From Lytechinus pictus (Eukaryota): 64,000 bases of DNA. Under the pieces are notes generated by a model. The model did no database searches, was not told the DNA's origin, and saw nothing but the letters and a program-made list of their open reading frames with translations. Positions 12,841-24,000 of the stretch are shown piece by piece (within the stretch, counting starts at the first letter, position 1; every line of letters begins with the position of its first letter). The stretch covers positions 14,944,001 to 15,008,000 of the forward strand of contig NC_087252.1 in assembly GCF_037042905.1 (NCBI RefSeq), written 5' to 3'. Position numbers and translations under genes: made by a program.

Positions 12841-14518
12841 AGTTATTTTAAGGTTGCCTCATTCAAATTATGAACAATAAACTGAACGAAAGATTGCAAT
12901 ATTTTTTATGGTACTTTTAGTTAAATGTTATTTGGTAAAATCCTGCTTCTGAAAAACAATATTGAATATTTTTTCTATCTTGCAAACATTTTGGCTTCAG
13001 TAAATAAAATTGTTGATACCACACTGAATCTAAATGGTGCGCATTTCTATTTAATCATTTCAAAAGTGATTTAATTGAGTAACATAAGTGAGCAATGCAA
13101 ACGATTAACCTCCGTAACATTGATATACAGTGCTCGAGTTAATCCGGTCAGTACTTCAAATTGACGCAACAGCGACTTGCCCCTTTTCTGTTGCCACTTT
13201 CTCATACATGGTACTTTCACAATATCTATTTTTCAACCCATTCTGTAGACTTAATTTTTACGATTTTTTCCCCCATCAATTGTAGCATTTTTCTGAGAAT
13301 GACCCCCCAAAGCATTATGCTCCCTCCACCATGTTTTACTGTGGGCAATGTGTTCTTTGGGTTGAAGGCTTCCACTTTCTTCCTCAAGACGTAGGCGACA
13401 TTTCTGTGTCCGAAAAGCTCCATCTTCATTTCATCAGACCAAAGAACAGACCTCCAAAACGTTTCATCCTTTACCAAAAGATGTATTCTGGCAAAGTCCA
13501 AACGTGATCTTGTGTGGTTGGGTTTTAGGGGTGGAGTCTTCCGTGGCCGTCGTCCATTCAACCCTGCCTTATTCAAGGTCTACTGGATGGTTTGCCTCGA
13601 GATCTTGGTCCCTTGGCAATTGAGGTCTTTCAGCATCTCATTTGTGGTGATTATGGGGTTGACATCAGCAGCTCGAACTAAACATCTCGCTTGCCTTGCA
13701 GAGACTTTGGGCTTCCGTCCAGGTCTTTGAAGGTTCTGCACTTTGTTGAAACTCTTGAACTTCCTGATGATGCTCTGGACAGTAGCCACGTAACCCTCAA
13801 AACGTTTGGATATTGCCTTGTAGCCCAAACCATCTTTGTGAGCATTCACTATTCGTGATCTCAGATCGTCACTAAGTTTCTTCCGCTTGACCATGATGAA
13901 GTTTAAGCCGATTCCGATGAACTGACAAAGATCTTGCCACTGATTCTCAATTTATAGAACCACTGATGTTTCTGGAATTAAGACTTTGATTTTCTCAACA
14001 AAATTTCATTTAAAAAATTGCGAACCCCCCCCCCCCTTCCTCCCCCAATCTTGAATTGAATTGATTTTTAATCAATTTCATCAACATGGTAACTAACATC
14101 TGGACAAACCTCAGAAAAAGGAAGATTTCTGAGATCTCAGGAACTTCCTCTTCCTGGATACCATGCAACATGGCTTCAATTCTTTTGTATTCATGTCTGG
14201 CATTATAGGGTCCAGCTTGAAACCATTTGGGGGTAGTAAAGTATTTGAACTATGAAAAATATGGTGTCTTATGCTTGAGAAAGACAGGGGTATGAATAAT
14301 TTTGAACATCAGAAAATTCAGAAAAGTCATCTTCTCTATCATTATGCAAATGAGATGAAAATAAAATCAGCATGCTTTTGTAGATAATGTCTATTAGTAT
14401 ATAACTACTATACAAGTTATCCAAGTTCAGCTTTCATTTTTATGAAAAATGCAAAAAACACATATTTTCCTAGGGGTATGAATACTTGTGAGCACAACTG
14501 TAGTACTATTCTCCCGAG

Positions 14519-16163
14519 CACTGGCGTAAATCCCGGGGGGATGGGGGGATATATCCCCCCCCCCCACTTTTCGAGGAGGGGGGATGGCCTGTACAAACAT
14601 CCCCCCCCCCCCACTTTTTACGAAAGAAATGAAAAAAAAATCACAAGAGATGATTGTTTTATTGGTGAAAATTCTTCCTAAAATACCGCTTAACAAATAA
14701 AACAATATTATTGAATCATAAAATGCAAATAAAGAGCCAGTTCACCATTTCCAAACGAAATACTTATGTCCTTAATTGTTATAACATTGAAGAGAAACCC
14801 CCGTTTCTTGGGGTCTTTGGGAAGGGATTAAGATGGAATGTAAAAAAAAATTGAATGTAATCTCTAATAAAACCATTGAACCATCATGGGGTAAAAAGAT
14901 AATATTGGAGGTGTATTTGCCATATGGACATACAGTGGCGTAACTACGGGGGGCATGGGGGCACATCCCCCCCCCCCCCCCCCCCATCGGCTGACCAAAA
15001 AAAAAACGGGGAAAAGGAGTAAAGAGGGAGAAAGGAAGAGAAACGTAGCGGGAAAGAATAAATTATTTATTGTAATGTTATATTATATTATAATTATGCT
15101 ATGTTACATTACATAAGAAAGTTTTTTATCATAACTTTATGAAACATCATTTGCCCAGGGCCTACGTCTTCATTGTTCCTGGTGCTCGCATTGTCTGTTT
15201 AACGAGATATATAATCCTGTTGTAGTAAAACATTCCGTTTTCAAGTCAATATAAACGAAATATATTTCCTAGCACTTGAGTTATCACTGTTTTATGTAGT
15301 AACATGAATTATGCTTCTTTTACATGACTCAAAAAGTGATTGCCCCATGTTATGGTCTTCGTATATAATATGAAACATTTCTTGTCCATGATAACGTTCG
15401 CATTAGTGGATTGGTATGATATGTCTGCTCTTCATGAATTCCTGAAATCAGTCCTTAAAATGTCCCTTCTTCTGATCTGAATATAAAAAATTTTCAGCTC
15501 GCGCTTCGCGCTCGCATCCTTTGGTTAATGAAATACGTATGGTTCTAATTAATTCCTACAAACATGACAAAGAAACCTTAGAATGCCCCACTTCAGGTCT
15601 GAATTATCTAAATTTTCAGCTCGTGCTTCGCGGTCGCAATATTTGATTAGTGAGATGCGTATGATAATCATGATTGCAATGACTGAAAAAAGTGTTTCAA
15701 GTGTTCAGATGTTATTCTAATAAAATCAGCAAGCGCTTGTCACTCGTATTAGATGACTATGGTGAGATATGCATACTCTTAATGGATTCCTAAAATACAT
15801 CCCTTAAAATCTCGCTGTTTGGGGTCAAAATATACGAAAATTTCAGCTCTCGTCTCGCGCTCGCATTGTTTAACGAGACAGGTACCTATAATGATTAAAA
15901 AAATTTTATTATAATCCTTTATATATAGCCCTTTTTAGGTGTGAATATAAAAAAATTCAGCTTGCGCTTCGCGCTCGCATTATTTGATCGGTGAGATACA
16001 TATCCGTTTAATGACATTGTGCCCCCCCCCCATGCCGTGGCCCACGGTACGCCACTAAGGGCATATCAACGACAATTCCTTGCATATCTAAAAATATGAT
16101 TGCAAAAAAATGCCAAAATATTTCAGTCATCCCCTCACCCATCAACACGGATTTACGCCAGTG
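14519..16163. mobile_element. hAT-like non-autonomous element with a nested related element
   Basis: TIR CACTGGCGTAAATCC / GGATTTACGCCAGTG; perfect 8-bp TSD CTCCCGAG (14511-14518, 16164-16171). Confidence 0.88.
14933..16057. mobile_element. Nested hAT-like element with degenerate internal ~120-bp repeats (gctcgcgcttcgcgctcgca)
   Basis: TIR cagtggcgta / tacgccacta; degenerate TSD tggacata/agggcata; related sequence at ~10420-10900 (inverted) and ~42010-42630. Confidence 0.65.
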
Positions 16164-17042
16164 CTCCCGAGGGCCAACTGAACACAGTAGAGTGTTGGGT
16201 AGTCCACCCCTTCGCTCACAGGATAGTTGACATGTTTAGTGTTAATTAAATGAGGTTTATTGAATGTTCTTCAAGACAACTTCCTCTAGGAAAACTGTGC
16301 TAAAACTGAGGCAGAATAATACACTGTTACCATGACAACGCAATTTCCAACACATGCAAAAAATATGTATTGGACATCTTTACCCCAAGACCAAAATATG
16401 TACATACACACCAACATTCAACCCCCTCCACCGTCACCCTTCGGCTTGTTTAGCATCTGCATTCAGATATGTGGTGCATTGAGATGTGAGGACAAACAGA
16501 ACATCTGTTCAGAAGGGGTCTGAATTCAAGAACTAAGCCAATGAAAAATAATGCACTGCTATTGAGTTTTGCACTAGCGCTAGTCTATATATCAGACCAA
16601 TCTAAACTCATAAATTCTGACATTTTCACCCATTTTTTCTCTGTTCCTGCAGCCAGATTTTTGGGAGCATACCCCATTTTTAATTCTTATACATAAACAA
16701 AGGTCTGGAGAAAAATCATGATTTTGTCCACCATGTCCACAAGTAGGGCATTTTTTACGCTAACAGACCGGACTATAAGGAAAAATAGAGTATGCGTGAC
16801 GTCAGCAAAGAAAATGAATCTCATCATGGCAAACGTTTTTCGTAGTAAAACTATTCTTTTTCTCCTTGTGTAAACTCTCAATACAACAATCTTAAGTAAG
16901 GGATATAATAGGGATTGTAAAAGACTTTGTTGTTCAGAATAATGTAAAAATTACAATTATAATAGGTTTATATAGCTTTGAGAGTTGGGTTTTATGTTTG
17001 GGTTAGCGTGCAGATTTTCCATCTGAGCAATTGTTGCCTGAG

Positions 17043-17608
17043 CCCGGGGGGGGGGGCACTTCCATTCACGAGTGGATACCATGCGCGACCATGGGGTCTC
17101 GAAAAGCACCCTAAACACGTAATTTCCATATTCTGAAAATGCACCCCTTAACAAGTATTGGCATGTGAAACCCTACCCTTAACAAGTATTGGAAACAAAA
17201 CGATACTCTTGGCAAATATTCCCTGAAATGAACCCCTAAACATGCAAGTACAGGAATGTTTTATTGTTACGGGTCCTTCGTCGTCGGCTTAACCTTATTT
17301 GGTTTAGTACGACCCCACCTTCTACACGTCGCGCAAATCGGACTCTAAACACGAAGTGTTGGGGCAAAAAGGACATCCTTTATAAAACATTTTAATTTTG
17401 TTTTATCATTCCCGCAAATTCGACCCTAAACACGTAAATTTCCTAGCGAAATAGACACCCTTTTTTCATTATTTTTGTGTTTTTGACACCCTTATCACGT
17501 TACGTACGTAACGTGCCCTATCGTAAAAAGGACATCCTTTTTACGTGTTTTTTTTGGTCGCGCATGGTATCCACTCGTCAATGTAAGTGCCCCCCCCCCC
17601 CCCCCGGG
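17043..17608. mobile_element. MITE with CCCGGG(G)n termini and 8-bp TSD
   Basis: ~50-bp TIR (gcacttccattcacgagtggataccatgcgcgacca); TSD tgcctgag/tacctgag; second copy at 61725-62625. Confidence 0.85.
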
Positions 17609-17941
17609 TACCTGAGCAAATGTTATCAGTGGAATCCAAAATCCGTTGAATGTTGCGATATCAAAACATGCATGTACCTGTCAATAAAAGTGTTGTAAGT
17701 TAATATAGTAAAATCTGGTGACTGACGATTGCAAACTATCAGGCACTCATTGTATACATATTTCCCCGCATGGTTTCATGGCATTATCCATATGATGTTT
17801 TGGAGCATGCATTTTGACGATTCATTTCTATTCGTTCTGCGACAAACAAATCTTTTCATGTCATTCTCATTTCCACCGTTTGGTCTGGTTTTCCCCGAAC
17901 ACGTACACTCGGCTCGCTGTGCAGCAAAACTCTGTGCATGT

Positions 17942-17974
17942 GGGTTTTCCCCGCGAGCATAATGCGCGTGCGCA
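17942..17974 (+). promoter_or_regulatory. Putative upstream promoter motifs (Rel/kB-like GGGTTTTCCCC; NRF1-like TGCGCGTGCGCA)
   Basis: Motif matches ~160-190 bp upstream of the ATG at 18136. Confidence 0.3.
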
Positions 17975-18135
17975 GAACATGGTGAAAACAGTCAGTCTGC
18001 CTGATCGTTTGCCAAACGTGTATTGTTTTCAGTAGTTCAATTCTACAATCATGTTTACTTGACATACACAAAGCAATTTTCATTTAATTTTACAACTGTT
18101 ACTTCAAACGACATCGTAAATAGGATCTTGTTACC

Positions 18136-18217
18136 ATGGCGACACTGTGCTCTAATGCTGGTGCATACCTTCATCTGCGGCTGGCTGTGTACATCATACT
18201 TCTTACTTCGATTACAG
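18136..18217 (+). CDS. Candidate alternative first exon (signal peptide MATLCSNAGAYLHLRLAVYIILLTSIT) of the Ig-TM-GTPase gene
   Basis: Good Kozak context accATGg; hydrophobic stretch; phase-1 donor ACAG|gtaaag compatible with exon 30740. Confidence 0.5.
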
Positions 18218-19867
18218 GTAAAGCACTATATCACTCCAACATAAATGGCGGCGTGCCCTTTGCCATCATCAACATGAATGTCTCGCTTGCATGCCTTTGT
18301 CAAAGAAGCATTGCCCATGATAAATCTACATGGTACAAGCACGGGCAAGGTTAAACTCGATGCATATTGACGATGTATTCCTATTCGTTCTGCGTCAAAG
18401 AAATATTTACATGTTATTCCAATTCAATTACCGCCCCTTAGTACCCCACCCCACCCCCACTCCTTTCTATATCCCTACAAGTGCAACTAACTGTTACACC
18501 CAAAACAAGAGACAGAGAAATAGGGATGGGCAGATTTGTTGACCTCTGCATTACCAATTATTGAAAAGGTTGTCAGAAATTATATTCATTAACTTTTATT
18601 CACTAAAGCTTAAGAGATCAGGAGCAAAGGATGAATAGAAATTTAAGTTTAGATATGAACGTACACTCTTACCCACATTTGCAGAGGGTTAATTCCCGTA
18701 TAAGGTCAGCACTACCATATTTATATTGTACAACTTTCAATAATCGCTGATTTTTGGTACATTAAATTCTTTTTATCGCGTCGTTTTGTTATGAATTATT
18801 CGGGGCGTTGTATAAGATAGGAAGGTGCATATAGTGCTCACTTTTTCAAAGTAAAAGTTGAAAAAATCACTTCGTAACATGCCAGAAATTCTATTAGTGT
18901 ACCTATTATACATGTTTTATAAAGTTTTCATATTATTTGTATAAATTCCAAAGGTCTGATTATGATTCTCTATCTCTCTCTCTCTCTTTCCTTATGAACA
19001 ATATTTGAAAATTCCTGGTTGGTTTAAGGAAATTTAATTATAATTTTATTTCTCTCTTTATTTTCTTTATTGAACCTTAATGTTTGATGCGTAAAATATG
19101 TAAAAGGCCTGTTCCGTGGGCTAAACTTGTACCCGACATTGCATCAAATAATTTTTTTTTTTTAATCATGTTATTGTTTCCAACAAACATAATGATGATT
19201 ATTATGTTTTGCTTTGATAAAGAAATATTCATGGAGCTGTGATAAGACAGAGTGATGATAAATAGAAAATTGGGAGAAAAAAAAAATTGTAATTCATTCG
19301 CAAGTTCAAATAAAAGTAACGTGGCAGCTAAAGGTCAAAGGCTAAATCACGAAGCTAAAAGTGGGTTTACATGAAAGTGTAGTTATAGGCAAGCCTATTA
19401 CACACTTTAACACGTACCTAGTATCTCATAAATACCTTTTTTTTAAATAGTTGTCATTATACATAATTTATACGCCTACACAACAAGTTGTTGCTCACTT
19501 TAAAAAGTCAACAAACAAGCTAATATTGGGTAAATATTGGGTACTAATTCATTAAGCTAACAAGGAAATGATTGTATTCATCGTATTGAAATTTACATAG
19601 ACATGGTAGTCGGTAACTCACTGATTTATATCAAAACAAAAAGTTATAAAAAATTGCAACTAAAAGCCATCATCAATACATTTAGAATATGTATGTCATG
19701 TCTATAAAATGTGCGTAAGCTGAAATATTCATATTTATTATCAATGAAAAGACAATTGAAAGCGTATAATATCACAGATGATTATATCCCTATACTTCTA
19801 AATTGCTTTGAAACGTTATAAAGGACAAAAAGTTGGAAATTTTTATAGACACAGACACAGTATCGAC

Positions 19868-20826
19868 ACTTCACTTTCTATTGTGGCGGGGAATCCCCTA
19901 AATATTGGAAAACGAAGAGGAAATGAGAAATATTGAAACCATACCCCTTTTCCGGTTAGACATTGAAATAATGACTAAGAAGATCAACGATGACTAATTT
20001 TCGCCTGGGGGGAGGGCTTATAAACAAGCATAACAAAAATATTCTACAAATCTCATACTATGTTGAATAGATGACTTTGCCGTCATAATTATCTTTAGAA
20101 GAGAGTATCAATGATAAAATATTACATTCGATATAAAGTTTAAACGATAATCTTGGATTAAGTTGATTAATCAGTCACAAGTTAATATCAAAGTCTTCCC
20201 TACCAATTACTGTGCGTTTGTGTGTATGTTTGGGGTGAGGGTGTGTGTCAGTACTGGTGTGTGTATGTGTGCGTATTTCGGTTTTACATGTTTTACAGCA
20301 CCGAAATGCGTGACCCACGGCTCCTTAACCACGATCCTTGCAGAATCAGTTAGAGGACTGTACGTGCATATGTACGCAAACAGCATTATAAAAGTTCAAT
20401 TCATTTATTTGACATCGTTTAAAAATATACAACAATTATGCACAAGTATAATATGATACAACAACAAAAGAGTAAAAGTATGATTCAAAACAGTATTAGG
20501 CCTAAATATAAATGGTGAGAATGTGTCATGTATAAATAGCAATTTCTTGCCCAATGGCGTATACAAGCGACATTCATTTCTGCTCCTTATTCTTTTTATT
20601 TTGTTCCTTGTGGTGTATTTTTGTGCTTTTATGACTAGTCTCGAAATGTGAACTTTGCTTAATCACGTCAAAAGTTGAAATGAAGGGAAATGTAAATAAT
20701 AGCCTGATCATGATGATGCTAAATGTGTATTAGCTGATAAAAGGATTCCCCCGTACTGATTCATACATGTATTTTGCACGTAACGATGGAGGATGGGGTT
20801 TCCCCAGCTGGCGAAAGCGCATGCGC
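19868..20826 (+). promoter_or_regulatory. Putative immune-type promoter motifs upstream of exon 21018 (IRF/ISRE-like, two kB consensus sites, NRF1)
   Basis: acttcactttc 19868-19878; GGGGAATCCCC 19888-19898; GGGGTTTCCCC 20795-20805; GCGCATGCGC 20817-20826. Confidence 0.35.
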
Positions 20827-21017
20827 CGACATTCTACTTAGACCTGATATGCATGAGATAGTTGTATTGATGTCAGGAATGTTCTTTACACATGCCCATC
20901 TTCAACGTTTCTGCTCGAAGCGAGAGTGAACATGATTCCTAATTTTGATCATTTCGGAAAGCCTTGCGAAAACCTATCTTCTACATGTAGCCTCACACAG
21001 CATTTATCTTTCAAAAG

Positions 21018-21084
21018 ATGTCTTTACCTTGCCGCTCTGTTCTCATTTTGATTGCATTACACGTGATGATTGGCTCACTCTTTG
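21018..21084 (+). CDS. Exon 1: signal peptide MSLPCRSVLILIALHVMIGSLF
   Basis: ATG, hydrophobic core, phase-1 donor G|gtaaga. Confidence 0.65.
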
Positions 21085-24000
21085 GTAAGACAATGCATGC
21101 TGATGAGTATTTCGATTGTTATTCATAATGATGGCACATTTGCTCCGGCGCCAAATGCTCCAGGTTTAATTTCCTCCAAGATGTATGGTTAGGGCTGCAA
21201 TACTGGGGGCGGAGGTATGTTAGCTTTAGGGTTAGGTTTAGGTTGCACGGGCCTAATCACAACTGGCAGACCATAGATATTCATTCGAGCCAACCCATTG
21301 CTCAATTTTTAAATTTGATATTGCTAATTGACAAAAATTAATGAGTATGACTGACAATCTAACACTGATTCTAAGGAGGGTACCTACTGAACTTACTTTT
21401 TCCAAATTGGAAAGATATATCACCACTATGGAACTATATTTTTACTGGCGGAAGAATTAGGGTCATTTTACTCTCTCAAGTGATGGATTTGGTCCCGTCA
21501 GGTGTAGTCTTCATAAATGCCGATTTATTTTTCAAATGAGCCGGTCGAGGTACCCCTTTTCTGGTCAGATATGGAATGTCAGACATTTACCCTATCCACT
21601 GGTAGTAAACATTCAACACTCGAATTTCCTCCTTATTTTTTATGAATTATTTTTAAGTGCCACGTTAACACATCAGTCTATGGGAAATGAATTAGGCCTG
21701 TGAGCCCTATAGTGTAGGGTATGGTATGATAACATTTAAAACCCGCGGTAGAAATTGATCATTCGATTAGTGTGTGGAATTTTGAGCTGAGCAAATGTCA
21801 TGCACCATTGCTATTCAATTCAATAAAACTCTTTATTTCATTTCCATTTAGACATAATACAAAGTGATATAAATCGGATACAATGTTACAGTCTGTGGAA
21901 TTTAGAGCTGAACAGTTATCATGGAACCATCCACATATTCAATTCAATTCAATTCTTTATTTCATTTGTATTTAGACATAATACAAAGTAATATAAATCT
22001 AATACAATTTTACAGATGAACATTCATTCTTACCTCGTAAAAAACAGTATAAAACTGAGCGTAAAAGGAAATGAGGTGGGTCCTCCAAAAGCAATGCTTG
22101 TAAAGTGTGGATCCCCCTTGGAAATGAAAAAAAAACAGTAAATTGTCGACTTAATCGTATAAGCGTATACAGGAAAAAAAAAGAAAAGGAACAAAAAGGT
22201 GGAAGTCAGATTGATGTAAATATATTTTACATTACTGACCAGATTCAGGGCTAGTACACAGCAAAAACTGTGGTGTTAACCGGTGTACATAGAGGACCAC
22301 ACCAGTTATTTTACACCGGTGTTAAATTGGTGGTGTTAGTTTTACACCTAAAGGTGTTATTACAACACCTATGGTTGTTACATTTACACTATTTGGTGTT
22401 ATGTTCAATCTCTAGGGTGTTATTTTAACACCTCAGGGTGTGGTATTCTATTAACACCAATTGGTGTCAGTTTTAACATCACAGTTTTTACAGTGTAACA
22501 CAAATAGGTCTCCGTATGCAATTAGATATTACCCTATAAAACTGTATAAGCTCATAGTTTTTTTGTTTTTTTTGCATTGATTTGTATTTCTGTATTTTCT
22601 ATTCATATGTTGAAAATTGTTAAAGAACTGAAATAAACCAATGGATTTTTCAATATTGTTAAAAATAAGGAAAATTATTTGAATGATTATGATATTTAAA
22701 ATAATCATATAATAGGAATAATAGTGATGATAATAACAATGATCACAATGTTAATATATTGCCAGTGTTGGTTAATATGTACATGTATGACTTTAAACAT
22801 CTCCATGCACGATTAGAGTACAAAATCACAACAACAAAAACAAAATGAGTAAAAGTAATGGAAAATTGCAGAACAAAGACTCAAACACCTCTCACTGTGA
22901 TTTAAACCATAAAGAAATACAATACTAATTATCTTTAATGTCTTAAACCTTTATTTCTTTGATATAAACAGATAATGGACTTGAATAAATTAGACAGGGC
23001 AGCCTTGCGTTCAACATACTACATAACACACAGTCATATTTTGCTAATCAACTGTTACAAAAATCTCAAACGGAATAAAAACGTAATTTTAGTAGTGTTA
23101 AACTGACCCGTTTACTGATGTATTATGGTTGAATGGAACAATCTAAATCGATGGGAATATCCCCACCCAAAAAAAAGAATAAGGAACTATTTTGATTTAA
23201 AAGTTAGGCATCATTTCGTTCCAGTATTTGCGACATATTAACAAGAACATACAACGATCGATTGGGCCGATGTTGGCATTTTCTTATTTCATTGTGTTAA
23301 TTGTATTAAGTGTTAATTATATAATCATAATATATGCAAATTTCCAAAAAGCACGGTGCATAAAAAGTACATCTTATGTCTCAGTAGATCTCACACATTA
23401 AATCAGTATGTTATCCTATTTTTACAATCTTCGAGCAGAAAATTCACATAAAATGAAAATGCGGAGACATCATCGTTTCGGTCATTGCATAGACCGAATG
23501 CTAATGTAATGTATGTACATTTTGTATTTCATAATTTAAGATCTTGTAGAATTTGTTTTCATGTATTTTATTGTTTTTTGTGTGTATATATAGGAATTTT
23601 GTTGGGCTAGCGCCATGAGCATCTTCGGACGTTGTATGCGCTTTATAAGATAACACCAATGTTACATTTTCCTCGAGCCAATTGCTTATTTATTGAATAT
23701 ATATTTTGTGAGGGTACACTTAGACATTTCTTAAATTTTCCAACATTAGACCCTGTTACACCCACAAATGTAATAATCGCCCACAAATGTAATAACGCCC
23801 ACAAATGTAATAACACTTTACCCACAAATGTAATAATTTCACCCACAAATGTAATAATGCACTTTACCCACAAATGTAATAATTTTTGATCGCCCACAAA
23901 TGTAATAATGACTTTACCCACAAATGTAATAAATTTGAAGGGATTTTTGGCGAATCTGTTCTAAACTAAAATCCTATAGTAATGCGTTCATATAGCACAA

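Larger units (their letters stand above)
9112..13305. mobile_element. Non-autonomous DNA transposon, Sola2-like (GGG termini, 4-bp TSD)
   Basis: ~28-bp TIR GGGTCATTCTCAAAAAAATGTTACAATT / AATTGTAGCATTTTTCTGAGAATGACCC; TSD CCCA at 9108-9111 and 13306-13309; removal restores transposase codons MLWGCF. Superfamily inferred from termini only. Confidence 0.8.
8345..13894 (-). pseudogene. Tc1 transposase pseudogene (segments 13894-13306, 9111-9070, 8740-~8345)
   Basis: HTH N-terminus (MVKRKKLSDDLR..GYKAISKRF), [39 protein letters not shown]-(34 aa)-PIEN; in-frame TAG at 13580-13582; split by a 4.2-kb insertion and a GT-AG intron. Confidence 0.92.
2036..14500 (-). mobile_element. Tc1-family (DD34E, IR/DR type) DNA transposon expanded to 12.5 kb by nested insertions
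   Basis: TA at 2034-2035 and 14501-14502; termini CAGTTGTGCTCAGAAGTATTCATACCCC / GGGGTATGAATACTTGTGAGCACAACTG; inner direct repeats near 8310-8329 and 14283-14300; transposase pieces inside. Confidence 0.93.

Noticed and set aside
16687..16881. ORF with FIFFADVT resembling a LINE RT FADD motif
   Set aside because: Too short and degenerate to support without an alignment; at most an ancient LINE scrap
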